In this document: in pieces, positions 22,431 through 35,535 of the stretch | Layout of the letters: every line of letters starts with the position of its first letter | Position numbering within the stretch: the stretch's first letter is position 1 | Origin: Macrostomum hystrix | Taxonomy: Eukaryota > Animalia > Platyhelminthes | Length of the DNA: 64,000 nucleotides | Assembly: GCA_950097015.1 (NCBI GenBank) | Contig: CATNEN010000014.1 | Coordinates: forward strand, 930,001 to 994,000 | Reading direction: 5' to 3' | Notes under the pieces: generated by a model | The model's input: the letters and a program-made list of their open reading frames with translations, nothing else | Told to the model about the DNA's origin: nothing | Database searches by the model: none | Translations under genes and position numbers: made by a program

Positions 22431-24398
22431 AGCCCGGATACAAGCTTACAGAAACGTCCTAAAGCGATAGAGTTTTTTAAGGCTTTTAAGGCTAAAAGAG
22501 ATCTGTGCGATAAAAAACAAAGGCTAGCTGTGGCAGCAAAAACTTCTTTAGTTGGTACTTAAATTCAAAATAAACTAACAGTTTATACGAAAAAGGGCGT
22601 CAATTAACTCAAAAAAGGAATGTTTGTTAACTTCAAGAAAAATCAGAAATCATTAGCTGCCACAATGTGAAAATCCTTTAAAAAGTCATCGCGTCATGTA
22701 AATTACGTACAATTTTGAATAGCTAAAATATAGTACAATATAATTTATATGGTATTCAACTATAATGGTATAGTTAATTTGAGTCATCGCGCAGTGGTAT
22801 ATGTAATTAACTTATTCTATACATTTTGTATAGATAATATACAGCATTACATGTACACAATACATACTACATATACTATAGCATATATATATATGCGAGC
22901 GTACATATCGTCTTAATTTATTGAATAGTGGTACTAACTACTGAATTATGAATCCTTGGTACTTAAATTGAAATAAATATGTTTAAATTCAAAGCCGATT
23001 TAAAGTAGAAAAAAAATTTTGTTCCATTTCAATTTAATTAGGAGCTATTTCACCGAAATATTTTACCCAGAGCTATGAAATTCAAATTTTCGGGACTATT
23101 AATTTAAATAGCTAACGATTCCGGAACACAAAGACAGCATAACAAAAAAATAAATATATATATACTAAAATGCGTAAAACTTTAGTCTTTTCATTTTAAA
23201 AATAAGTTTTAAATGGTTTTCTATATTTTCCAAATTAACACAGCAAAGTTTGTGACACGTCAGTGATTGCTACAGTCAATATTCGTTTAAAATATTTTCG
23301 GAAACTTCTTTTCTTCAACTTATTATATTCCCAGATTTGCAGTAAAAGAGCACATATTCAACTCGTATTAAAAGTTTCCTATAACAAACAAGGCAGCTTC
23401 AAAACGTTGTAATAAAATAACAGGCATTACAATTATTTATTTTTAAGCACGGATTATTAATCCTATTGACTTTTCATCCCTGATGAGACCGTCCGTGCTC
23501 TGCGTAAAAGAACTTGAATACGAGAAAACCGCGATAGATGTTTAATGTTAAGCTCCTTTAGCACATCTGCGTTGTTCGCTTGTTTAAACTCCTTTATTAT
23601 GATTATGGTTTTATTGTGTTTCGTGATATATTTTATTTTCCTTATATCTATTAGTACCTTACCAATACCAAGGTACTTCACTTGTGGACAAGCGACGTCA
23701 TGTAACCAATTGCAATAAAACTTGTCCACGTATGATTTATAGTGAGCTCAAAAAATCTCTTATCTTTTTTAACTTACTAGTGATTTACCTTGATTGAAAT
23801 TTTTCACAAAGTAATATGTTTTATTTAGCTTTGTGGTAATAATTATTTACTGTCGAGCTTTAGTTGGATTAGTTTAGTTTTGAGTTTTTTTATGCAATCT
23901 CAGCAGTATTTTCATATCTATAACTAAAAGAAAAAAAATTGTGTTGTATAGTTCACAGTAATGCACATAAAACTATGCGTCTAGAGCCTTAAAAAGATTT
24001 GTCACAAACTGATTTTAATTGACCCACCTAAATTCCCTTTAATTATTAGAACAAAAACCTTTACAATTCCAGTTAGTCTTGCCTTGATTTGGCTCAGATA
24101 TGATCATTTTCGTGAAGGAATCGTTAACTTTTCATATTTTTATATACAGTAAATGAATAGCCATCAGTATTACATCAATCAATTACTAGTAAATATCCCA
24201 TGTTAATAAACGCCAGCTGTCGAGCCTTGACTGCTCCTACATGCAATACAAGTCAATGGCGTTTCACAAAATTGCAGCCTGCAATCGGTAGCCGTCATCA
24301 AATATCAACGGCTTTAGCAGGCCCCGAGTCCCAGTATCCTGCTACCACGCCAGCAACTCGCCCGAAGCTAGCTGCAGGGCTCAACTCCGCCTTGTGGC

Positions 24399-26872
24399 AT
24401 GTTCGCTCAGGTGCATCAGCAGCAGCAGCAGCAGCCGGCATCCCGGCTGCCACAAATCGGCGACTCCGCGCTCAGTTCGCGTGGCAGCGGCGGCGGCAGT
24501 GGCGGAGGTCCTCGGATCCAACAACTCTACGGAAATCACGACGGTCCGGCCTTTGGAGCCCGAGCCCGTGCAGGGCAGCAGCAGCAGCAGCAGCTGGTTA
24601 GCCAGTTAGGACAACGGGAGGAGTCTGCCGTGGCCCTCCCAACTGTATCCGGCGGCAGCGGCAGGCAGCAGGCGGCCTCGACTGCGGGTGCGGCGAGTTT
24701 GGTCGACTCGGCCAAGAGCGCAGCCGTTGGCGGCGGTGGGCGTGGCGCCCAGGCGATCAGCCCGGAGGCGGCGATGAAGCTGTACGGGCACAAGCTTAGC
24801 GACTTTGAGCAGCAGGAAATCTTCAAGTAGGCGACAGGTTTCTTGGAACATCTTTGAGCGAAGGAAAAAATTCGCTTTCAATATTCCTTTTTGTCCGCCT
24901 TCTTTTCTCCTCTGTCTTTCTGTCTGTCAAGTCCACAAATCCACAGTTCACCTTCAACAGATCCATCGCCCTCCGCAGCTACCCGCAGGTTTTCTTTGTC
25001 GGTCCATCGGCCAAGAAGCGACCGGCCGTGGCCGGTGGCGCCAACAACTCCGGCTTCGACGACGAGCACGGCTGCTACATGCACACGGCGCACGACCACA
25101 TTGCCTATCGATACGAAGTGCTCAGGGTTATCGGTGAGTACGCATACTCATACTCATACTCACACTTCCGAGTTCGTTTTCATTTTGTGCATCTGAAAAA
25201 TATGAATTAACCATCGTGGTTTGCACAGAGCAATGTTAGCTGTCCTTGTCACCAGGGTCTTCGTCAAGAATCGCTGAATATCTCGACGATGCTGAAGTCG
25301 AATCGATTTGAAAGTTCGGGAAGGGGCGGAAAACTTGAATCCATTTGGTGGACTTTCACAAAAGTCGGTCATTCGGTTTAGGAGCTATCGTGAAGTAGGC
25401 AGTGTGTATTCGAAATACCCCGCAGGGAAAAATAACTTCGTCTTTCTACTGCTAATGAGTGCTCTCGTAGTAGTGCGCATTTCACATCAGATTGCTGTTT
25501 GCGGTGGTTTTAGAGGGTTTCCTGACAAGATTATCTAAAAATAGCAACATGGCTTCCCCTCTCTCTCTCTGTTTGGCCAATCAAAATTGGAATGCTGAAG
25601 TCCAGCTTTTGTATCTGTGGCAATCCATTGTACATCCAATGGCATACTGAATTAGCATTGTCTATGGTAACAGCCCGAGTCACCCACAACTGCCTCGCGC
25701 AGGCAAGGGCAGCTTCGGCCAGGTTGTGAAGTGCCACGACCACAAGACCAACGCGCAGGTGGCTCTGAAGATGGTGCGCAATGAGAAGCGCTTCACGCGA
25801 CAGGCCGGCGAGGAGATCCGCATCCTTGAGCAGCTGCGGCGTCAGGACCGGAACAACACCAACAACATTGTGCACATTGTGGAGCACTTCACCTTCAGGA
25901 ATCACGTCTGCATCACATTCGAGCTGCTGTCAATCAACCTGTACGAGCTGATCAAGAAGAACAAATTTCAGGGCTTCTCGCTGCAGCTGGTGCGCAAGTT
26001 CGCCCTGTCGATCCTGCAGTGCCTGGACTTGCTCAGCAGGAATAAGGCAAGCTGCCGGCTGATGGGTTGAGTGAGTCAGCGGGTGATTCTGTTCTCATGC
26101 CTTGGCTCACCCACAACTGCAGATAATCCACTGCGATCTGAAGCCCGAGAACATCCTGCTAAAGTGCCAGGGCCGCAGCGGCCTGAAGGTGATCGACTTC
26201 GGCAGCTCCTGCTACGAGCACCAGCGAATCTACACGTACATTCAGTCCCGGTTCTACCGAGCGCCCGAGGTCATCATGGGCGCCAGGTACGGCCTGCCCA
26301 TCGACATGTGGAGCTTCGGCTGCATCCTGGCTGAGCTCTACACAGGTGAGTTGAGCAGCGTACTCATCCACTGCCTCTGGGCTCTTCCCTGCTCAGCCCG
26401 CTTCTCCTCTCTTCCCCTCCCAGGTGTTCCGATCTTTCCAGGCGAGGATGAGTCGGACCAGCTGGCCTGCATCATGGAGATCTTCGGCCAGCCGCCCGCC
26501 CGCCTCCTGGAAGCCTCCAAGCGCTCAAAGCTCTTCTTCTCCTCGCGCGGCCTGCCCCGCTACTGTCACTGCGACACCGATGGCGACGGTAGCGTCCAGC
26601 TGAAGGGCGGGCGCTCAAAACGCGGCAAATTCCGCGGCCCGCCGGGCAGCCGCGATTTAGCCGCCGGCGCCCTCAATGGCTGCCCAGACGCCGCCTTCAT
26701 CGATTTCCTGGCGCGCTGTTTCGCCTGGCAGCCGGAAGAGCGGCTGACACCGCGAGAGGCCGTGCGGCACGACTGGCTCAAGCGCCGCCTGTTGCCGCAG
26801 CCGGCGTCTGGAAAGTCGACTGCGGCCACCTCTGCAGCTGTCGCCGCTGCTGTGGCCACTGCAGGAAGATGA
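24399..26872 (+). CDS. DYRK2: Dual-specificity tyrosine-phosphorylation-regulated kinase, class 2 (DYRK2/3-like)
   Basis: Exons 24399-24826, 24979-25133, 25703-26046, 26123-26345, 26424-26872. DH box and [69 protein letters not shown]. The start codon is tentative. Confidence 0.92.
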
Positions 26873-26949
26873 ATTTGGGGAGTGTGGCGTAATTTGGGGA
26901 CTGCCTTAGGTATCGACAGTTAGAATTGCATAAATCACTATTTCCGCGG

Positions 26950-29010
26950 CGACACTCAAACCCCACAGCCAAACCCATCCCACTCCAGTGACACTGAAAC
27001 CCTACAGCCGACACCCACCTCACTTCAGTGACACTGAAACCCTACAGCCGACACCCACCTCACTTCAGTGACACTGAAACCCTACAACCGACACCCACCT
27101 CACTTCATTGACACTGAAACCCTACAGCCGGCACCCACCTCACTCTTGTGATACTCAAACCCCACAGCCGACACCCACCTTAATCCAATGACATTCAAAC
27201 CCCACAGCCGACATCCACCTTAATCCAGTGATATTCAAACCCCACAGCCGACACCCACCTCACTCCAGTGACTCTTAAATCCGACAACCGGCACCCACCA
27301 CACTCTAGTGACATCCAAACCACACAGCCGACACCCACCTTACTCCCATGATATTCAAACCCCACAGATGACACCCACCTCACTCCAACGACACTCAAAC
27401 CCCACAACCAACACCCATCTTACTTCAGTAACATTCAAACCCCACAGCCGGCACCCACCTAACTCCAGTGACACTCAAAGCCCACAGCCGGCACCCACCT
27501 CACTCTTGTGACACTCAAACCCCACAGCCGACAAACACCTCACTCTTGTGACACTCAAACCCCACAGCCGGCACCCACCTTACTCCAGTGACATCCGAAC
27601 CCCACAGCCGAAACCCACCTCACTCTTGTGACACTCAAAACCCACAGCCGGCACCCACCTTACTCCAGTGACATCCGAACCCCACAGCCGAAACCCACCT
27701 CACTCTTGTGATACTCAAACCCCACAGCCGACACCCACCTTAATCCAATGACATTCAAACCCCACAGCCGACATCCACCTTAATCCAGCGACACTCAAAC
27801 CCCACAGCCAAACCCATCCCACTCCAGTGACACTGAAACCCTACAGCCGACACCCACCTCACTTCAGTGACACTGAAACCCTACAGCCGACACCCACCTC
27901 ACTTCAGTGACACTGAAACCCTACAACCGACACCCACCTCACTTCATTGACACTGAAACCCTACAGCCGGCACCCACCTCACTCTTGTGATACTCAAACC
28001 CCACAGCCGACACCCACCTTAATCCAATGACATTCAAACCCCACAGCCGACATCCACCTTAATCCAGTGATATTCAAACCCCACAACCGACACCCACCTC
28101 ACTTCATTGACACTGAAACCCTACAGCCGGCACCCACCTCACTCTTGTGATACTCAAACCCCACAGCCGACACCCACCTTAATCCAATGACATTCAAACC
28201 CCACAGCCGACATCCACCTTAATCCAGTGATATTCAAACCCCACAGCCGACACCCACCTCACTCCAGTGACTCTTAAATCCGACAACCGGCACCCACCAC
28301 ACTCTAGTGACATCCAAACCACACAGCCGACACCCACCTTACTCCCATGATATTCAAACCCCACAGATGACACCCACCTCACTCCAACGACACTCAAACC
28401 CCACAACCAACACCCATCTTACTTCAGTAACATTCAAACCCCACAGCCGGCACCCACCTAACTCCAGTGACACTCAAAGCCCACAGCCGGCACCCACCTC
28501 ACTCTTGTGACACTCAAACCCCACAGCCGACAAACACCTCACTCTTGTGACACTCAAACCCCACAGCCGGCACCCACCTTACTCCAGTGACATCCGAACC
28601 CCACAGCCGAAACCCACCTCACTCTTGTGACACTCAAAACCCACAGCCGGCACCCACCTTACTCCAGTGACATCCGAACCCCACAGCCGAAACCCACCTC
28701 ACTCTTGTGATACTCAAACCCCACAGCCGGCACCCACCTTACTCCAGTGACATCCGAACCCCACAGCCGACACCCACCTCACTCTTGTGACACTCAAAAC
28801 CCACAGCCGGCACCCACCTTACTCCAGTGACATCCGAACCCCACAGCCGACACCCACCTCACTCTTGTGACGCTCAAACCCCACAGCCGGCACCCACCTT
28901 ACTCCAGTGACATCCGAACCCCACAGCCGACACCCACCTCACTCTTGTGACACTCAAACCCCACAGCCGGCACCCACCTCACTCCAGTGACATTCAAACC
29001 CCACAGCCGC
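26950..29010. repeat. 40-bp C/A-rich tandem array, about 51 copies, with higher-order duplication
   Basis: Unit GACACTCAAACCCCACAGCCGACACCCACCTCACTCCAGT; identical track ORFs at 27195..27407 and 28194..28406. Confidence 0.95.
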
Positions 29011-29924
29011 TTTGCGTGCAAGTGTTTCTGTAGCCCGCTTATCTTTTCTAAGCTACAGATCTGGCGGCTGTCCTTCCTATCTCCTCTTATCAGACTAAAA
29101 TTGTTTTATAAGCAATAAAGAATTTTCTATCAGTTTTGTTTAAATTGAACGCTGTTATGACAACGATGACGCGGCAGTCGCCAGTTTGACTGCTTAGGCC
29201 TGCTTTACCGTGAGCAGAAGCTCAGGACTGCTGTAGATTTTCTCGCTTCTACCAGTCGATAGATAGCAATCATTTCAGATTCCTGATTATTAGGGACCTT
29301 GGCAGAGCGGCCAGGTTTGCTCTTCGACTTTTGTAATCATGTCTTTGTGAGTCACTCGCTGCTTAAAACCACCCTGTTGATAACTATTTTCTCTTCGCTT
29401 CTATATTTCAGTGCCTTCAACTTTGTACAGTATTGAAGTCTGCTCGCTTTTATTAGAATTTCTTTCCGCTTTCCTGTCTGATTTTTGACGCACTTTTAAT
29501 TCTTCAGCACTTGCCCAAAACTTTTAGCTGCAAAAAATGCAGTCAGCGATTTCAGCCGGATGTCCTGTTCAACAGGTGGGCTGAGACTTCTACGACTCAT
29601 TTTGTCACAGAGAAATATACTTTCTGCCATTGGCTCCCCTGAAACTGGCACAAACAGTCAGTCAGGCTCAGGCAGTGAGCATAGATTGTGTGAGATCTGC
29701 GTTTTTTCAATACAATTGCTTGTGCTTTGTAGCGTTTTTGCTTTAAAACAGAAAAGGTAGCATGAGAGTTGAGTAATAACCCGCGCCAAAGCTTTTGGCC
29801 ATAGACATAATGGACCCGTCAACTGTGAGCGCCTCAGTCTCAATTCGGTCGAGCCCGTCGAGACTATTTCTGGGTTATTTTTTAACACCAAACACCCGGC
29901 TCGCAGTTGTTTATTTCACGACAG

Positions 29925-32567
29925 AAAACTGCTCACTGTGCTCAAAACATGCAGCCAACCTTGGCATGCCCGCTGGCTGTGAACTCACGATTCTGCCTCA
30001 GCAGCACCAGCGTGCAGCGCAACAGCAACGCCAGCACGAACCTGCGGGCTCTGGACGAAAGCGAGGAGCTGGTGAGTCAATTCTGGAGTCGTTGCTGCAA
30101 AGCAATAATGCAAATGAAAATGCTATCAGCACTGATGCGCTGTGAGTACAGTGAGCACAGCTTCATCCTGTGAGCATAGCTGCATTCTGGGAACATAACT
30201 GCATCCTGTGAGTGCAGTGAGTAGGCTGCGTCCTGTGAGTGCAGTGAGTAGGCTGCATCCTGTGAGTGCAGTGAGTAGGCTGCGTCCTGTGAGTGCAGTG
30301 AGTAGGCTGCATCCTGTGAGTGCAGTGAGTAGGCTGCGTCCTGTGAGTGCAGTGAGTAGGCTGCGTCCTGTGAGTGCAGTGAGTAGGCTGCGTCCTGTGA
30401 GTGCAGTGAGTAGGCTGCATCCTGTGAGTGCAGTGAGTAGGCTGCGTCCTGTGAGTGCAGTGAGTAGGCTGCGTCCTGTGAGTTCAGTGAGTAGGCTGCG
30501 TCCTGTGAGTGCAGTGAGTAGGCTGCGTCCTGTGAGTTCAGTGAGTAGGCTGCGTCCTGTGAGTTCAGTGAGTAGGCTGCGTCCTGTGAGTGCAGTGAGT
30601 AGGCTGCATCCTGTGAGTTCAGTGAGTAGGCTGCGTCCTGTGAGTGCAGTGAGTAGGCTGCATCCTGTGAGTGCAGTGAGTAGGCTGCGTCCTGTGAGTG
30701 CAGTGAGTAGGCTGCGTCCTGTGAGTTCAGTGAGTAGGCTGCGTCCTGTGAGTGCAGTGAGTAGGCTGCGTCCTGTGAGTTCAGTGAGTAGGCTGCGTCC
30801 TGTGAGTTCAGTGAGTAGGCTGCGTCCTGTGAGTGCAGTGAGTAGGCTGCATCCTGTGAGTTCAGTGAGTAGGCTGCGTCCTGTGAGTGCAGTGAGTAGG
30901 CTGCATCCTGTGAGTGCAGTGAGTAGGCTGCGTCCTGTGAGTGCAGTGAGTAGGCTGCATCCTGTGAGTACAGTGAGTAGGCTGCGTCCTGTGAGTGCAG
31001 TGAGTAGGCTGCGTCCTGTGAGTGCAGTGAGTAGGCTGCGTCCTGTGAGTACAGTGAGTAGGCTGCATCCTGTGAGTGCAGTGAGCACAGCTTCATCCTG
31101 TGAGCACAGCTTAATCCTGTGAGCACAGCTTCATCCAGTGAGCACAGCTTCATCCAGTGAGCACAGCTTCATCCTGTGAGCACAGCTTCATCCAGTGAGC
31201 ACAGCTGTATCCTGTGAGCACAGCTGTATCCTGTGAGCACAGCTTCATCCTGTGAGCACAGCTTAATCCTGTGAGCACAGCTTCATCCAGTGAGCACAGC
31301 TTCATCCAGTGAGCACAGCTTCATCCTGTGAGCACAGCTTCATCCAGTGAGCACAGCTGTATCCTGTGAGCACAGCTGTATCCTGTGAGCACAGCTGTAT
31401 CCTGTGAGCACAGCTGTATCCTGTGAGCACAGCTTCATCCTGTGAGCACAGCTTAATCCTGTGAGCACAGCTTCATCCAGTGAGCACAGCTTCATCCAGT
31501 GAGCACAGCTTCATCCTGTGAGCACAGCTCCATCCAGTGAGCACAGCTGTATCCTGTGAGCACAGCTGTATCCTGTGAGCACAGCTGTATCCTGTGAGCA
31601 CAGCTGTATCCTGTGAGCACAGCTGTATCCTGTGAGTACTGAGAGCGCAATTAAATCATGTAATTTGGAGCATTTCTGTGTCTTCCTCCCCCACAGCCGA
31701 CCAGCGAAGGTGACGGGTGTAGCGTCCACCTGGACAACTCAAATCAAGCCCAATTCAAAGAAAAAGACAGCTGCTTCGCTGATCAATACGCTAATTTTTC
31801 AGGTATTTAGGTGCATTTTTGTTGCTTTAGAGTTGAGAGATTCGCACTAATACCCTATAAACACCGTTTCCGCAGCCGTCGCATCGGGTAGCAGATCAAA
31901 GCAAGGCCGCAGTTTGCTGCAGAAGAATCGGCAGCAACATCTCCGGCAGCGCCCCGATTACTTGATCCCGCTGGCTCTCAGTAGCAACCAGTCCAACTTT
32001 TTCCAGCGGTTTCTGGGAAATAACTGCAAAAATGTTCACGTGAGAGCAGTTCTCAATGCGGTCACGCTATGACCAATCAGGGAACCCCTACAGTATTGTT
32101 GGTCTTTTTGACCAATCAGGGAATCCCTATAGTATTTTTGGTACCCTTGACCAATCAGAGAACTCCAAAGCTGATTGGCTTAGCGCTTTAATACAATGAA
32201 AGAATTGCAAATTTCTGTTGTTGCCATGGCAAAGTTATAAGCTTGCGATGCATCATTACGATGAAAAGTTGAACTCCGCCTGCAGAATGTCAGCGAACAG
32301 CCGCAACCACCTCAGAAACCGGCTGCCAACTCAGTCAACAATGTCCCCGCCAGAGGCGGAGGCGAGTTGATGCCGAACTCGGGCGTGCCCTATTGGAATG
32401 TGTACGAGTACCATGACTTCCGCCAGGTCGATAGCTGCTATTCGCACATGTTCGATCCGCAAGTTGAGCCTTGTTGGCACAGGGAGACCATCATCCAGGA
32501 CTGCTACAACCGACTCCGCGTCAGCACTTCCAAATTCCGACCGCCGCCCCCGTACCACCTTCGGTGA
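29925..32567 (+). CDS. Uncharacterised multi-exon protein (at least about 230 aa; 5' end uncertain)
   Basis: Four GT-AG exons, 29925-30071, 31697-31802, 31876-32039 and 32286-32567, join in phase (0/1/0) without stops. Ends YWNVYEYHDFRQVDSCYSHMFDPQVEPCWHRETIIQDCYNRLRVSTSKFRPPPPYHLR*. Confidence 0.6.
30140..31635. repeat. Compound intronic array: 27-bp unit (about 33 copies, 30200-31085) followed by a related 19-bp unit (about 29 copies, 31080-31635)
   Basis: Units TCCTGTGAGTGCAGTGAGTAGGCTGCG and GTGAGCACAGCTTCATCCT; periods seen as 9-aa and 19-aa repeats in the ORF track. Confidence 0.95.
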
Positions 32568-33551
32568 AGTGTGCTCGGGTGAGCATACATGAGTGCGTGC
32601 GTACTGTAACCCTGGTTTCTAGCCCAGCTGATGCCTTACAGCTGGCTAAACTAAAGCACTAGAGGGTTAAGCATCTTGCTAAATGGTACGAGCTACAAAT
32701 GGTCTCAAAGCAGGCTAACAAACTGTACTCTTCATTGCAGGCATTCTCAAAGCAGGCTAACAAACTTTACTCTTCAAGCTATCAAAAATTTTCTTGCTAT
32801 GAACGCGCGAACTTTGGGACTGTGCAGTTGAGTTTAGGTTTTTTTTCGCAACGGAATGCACATACGCGTATATGCTCATGGTTGACAATCCCTTGAGTGC
32901 AAAATGCTTATTTGCCTTTTTTGTTTTCCTATTTCCATAAAGTCAAAGCCGTATAGACTATAGCCATAATACCTTGAGTCCTGCATCCAGCAACAGTGTT
33001 TTTTTACTAAGGAGATGGACTGAACATCCAATGCTCAAATATTTAATTTCAAATATTTTGGACCGAATCGATGGGCAACTGTGAGCTAGATAGAGATTTT
33101 TTTCTTTGCTAAAATTCAGTTTTTGAAGCAAGATTCTTACACTAAGATGTTAGACAACCACAAAACCTTTCAAACTGACGCTCTGTGACGCCGCGCGTGA
33201 ACTTGACAGCGTGCAAGTTAACAAGTAAAGAAAATGTTGCGATCTCGGCTATGGAATTTTATATCCATGTTTTTTACCTGACTTGAAAAGTGTTTTTAAG
33301 GGCAAGATACAGTTGAAATATAAAGTTCGCGTCCCGGTCTACCAAAGAGATTATAGCCGTGTAGATTTAAATTTCTTTTTTTAACGCAAATTTGTTTAAA
33401 AAAGGATGTCCCTTAAAATCGTTGCGTTTAAGAGGCTTGAAAACTCTCTTTAATCTTCTGACGAGAATGGAAAAATTAGACAGTGGTGACAATTAATTAC
33501 AATATGTGACGACAGAAATTTTTTTATCCAAGCTCACGAGAAACTTAAGAT

Positions 33552-34605
33552 GGTGATCCCTGACCTGTCAGCAAAGCCAAATATAATGGCACTGATACTG
33601 ATGCTGATCCCTGACCTGTCAGCAAAGCCAAATATAATGGCACTGATACTGACGGTGATAATGACCTGTCAGCAAAGCCAAATATAATGGCACTGATACT
33701 GACGGTGATAATGACCTGTCAGCAAAGCCAAATATAATGGCACTGATACTGACGGTGATCCCTGACCTGTCAGCAAAGCCAAATATAATGGCACTGATAC
33801 TGACGGTGACAATTGACCTGTCAGCAAAGCCAAATATAATGGCACTGATACTGACGGTGATATAATTGACCTGTCAGCAAAGCCAAATATAATGGCACTG
33901 ATACTGACGGTGATCCCTGACCTGTCAGCAAAGCCAAATATAATGGCACTGATACGGACGGTGATCCCTGACCTGTCAGCAAAGTCAAATATGACGGCAC
34001 TGATACGGACGGTGATCCCTGACCTGTCAGCAAAGCCTAATATGACGGCACTGATACGGACGGTGATCCCTGACCTGTCAGCAAAGTCAAATATGACGGC
34101 ACTGATACGGACGGTGATCCCTGACCTGTCAGCAAAGCCTAATATGACGGCACTGATACTGACGGTGATAATTGAACTGTCAGCTAGCAAAGCCTAATAT
34201 GACGGCACTGATACTGACGGTGATAATTGAACTGTCAGCTAGCAAAGCCTAATATGACGGCACTGATACTGACGGTGATAATTGAACTGTCAGCTAGCAA
34301 AGCCAAATATGACGGCACTGATACTGACGGTGATAATTGAACTGTCAGCTAGCAAAGCCTAATATGACGGCACTGATACTGACGGTGATAATTGAACTGT
34401 CAGCTAGCAAAGCCTAATATGACGGCACTGATACTGACGGTGATAATTGAACTGTCAGCTAGCAAAGCCAAATATGACGGCACTGATACTGACGGTGATA
34501 ATTGAACTGTCAGCTAGCAAAGCCAAATATGACGGCACTGATACTGACGGTGATAATTGAACTGTCAGCTAGTATAGCAAAGCCAAATATGACGGCACTG
34601 ATACT
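33552..34605. repeat. 51-bp tandem array grading into a 55-bp variant (CTAG insertion), about 20 copies
   Basis: Unit GATCCCTGACCTGTCAGCAAAGCCAAATATAATGGCACTGATACTGACGGT; 17-aa period in ORF 33892..34197. Confidence 0.95.
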
Positions 34606-34984
34606 TCAAGAGGTCACATTCATTTGGGGCGCAGCTGCGTAGAAAAATGTTTGGGGCTTGTACAATAATTACGCCCTTGAGGTACAGTGAAAGTGTACAC
34701 TGCCTGGCGATGAGAAAGTCACATGTTACCTGCGTTGAGGGAACTTATGCCTGCTTACGGCATCTGTGTGCGTGTGCTCAGGAGTCAGTGAAATGGGCAG
34801 AATTGCCTCCTCGCTGGCTGCGGGTCTAGTGTCACCGATGTCAGCCAAGGTACTGCGCTCCTGCAGCCGTTTGCTGGTTGCCCGACTGATTACTCGACGA
34901 TATTAGACATAGTAAATTCCACAAATTGAGCAGTAGCAGCTGGGATGCACCATCCCATTGCCAGCAGCGCTCTTGTTGTTTTCA

Positions 34985-35535
34985 CATAAATTTTTTTTGG
35001 CAGCGCCTGAATGCTAATAGCGTTGGGTGCATGGTGACTGATTGGTTGACAGACTAGGCAATGAGGAACTGTGGTTGAGCTGCTCATTGAAATTCATTTC
35101 AATGGAAGGCTTGATCATTGAAATTCGAGAAATTCGCGTCAGGGTGTCCAAAGTGTAGCATAGTTCCATGCCTATCATAGCTTTTGAAGCTCCATCAGTC
35201 CGTCTAGATAAAGGTAGGTGAACACCGAAGACGGATATAATGAAGACACATTTGGTGACATGCTGATAAATTTGAAGGCCCTGGCAAGGCCGCCTTGAGG
35301 TGCAGTGCTAATTCGTGTATCGGGGTGTATGCATAACACTAGCGCTTAAGGGAAAAATCCGACCTTCAGCCAGAACCATTGAATATCTCGATGGTCTGAA
35401 AGGCTTAATTCTTGTTTCAGAAGATGCGCAACAAACAGTTAGCCCGTGCTCATCAGTTTCGTGTGCTTGCGTTGCTCCGTTCGGGTGGAGCACAAAATGA
35501 TCATGAGGAAACCCCCCTTGGTAGTTGCAGTACTG
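34985..35535 (-). mobile_element. Dispersed non-coding repeat, copy 2 (inverted relative to 1790-2330)
   Basis: Shared blocks include AACTACCAAGGGGGG, CACCCTGACGCGAATTTCT and GCCTAGTCTGTCAACCAATCAGTCACCA..CAGGCGCTGCCAAAAAA. Confidence 0.7.

Noticed and set aside
23463-23729. VKYLGI motif suggesting a LINE RT remnant
   Set aside because: One short motif in AT-rich DNA with no other RT motifs around it.
26860-29925. Continuation of DYRK2 into the downstream four-exon gene
   Set aside because: The DYRK2 frame ends at TGA 26870-26872, and I saw no convincing donor before it.
30077-31153. Long periodic ORFs in satellites (also 44890..45597, 49369..50451, 50569..51522, 55165..55867, 58300..59099, 60737..61996)
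   Set aside because: They result from stop-free repeat units, are often open on both strands or in several frames, and lie in introns or gaps of real genes.
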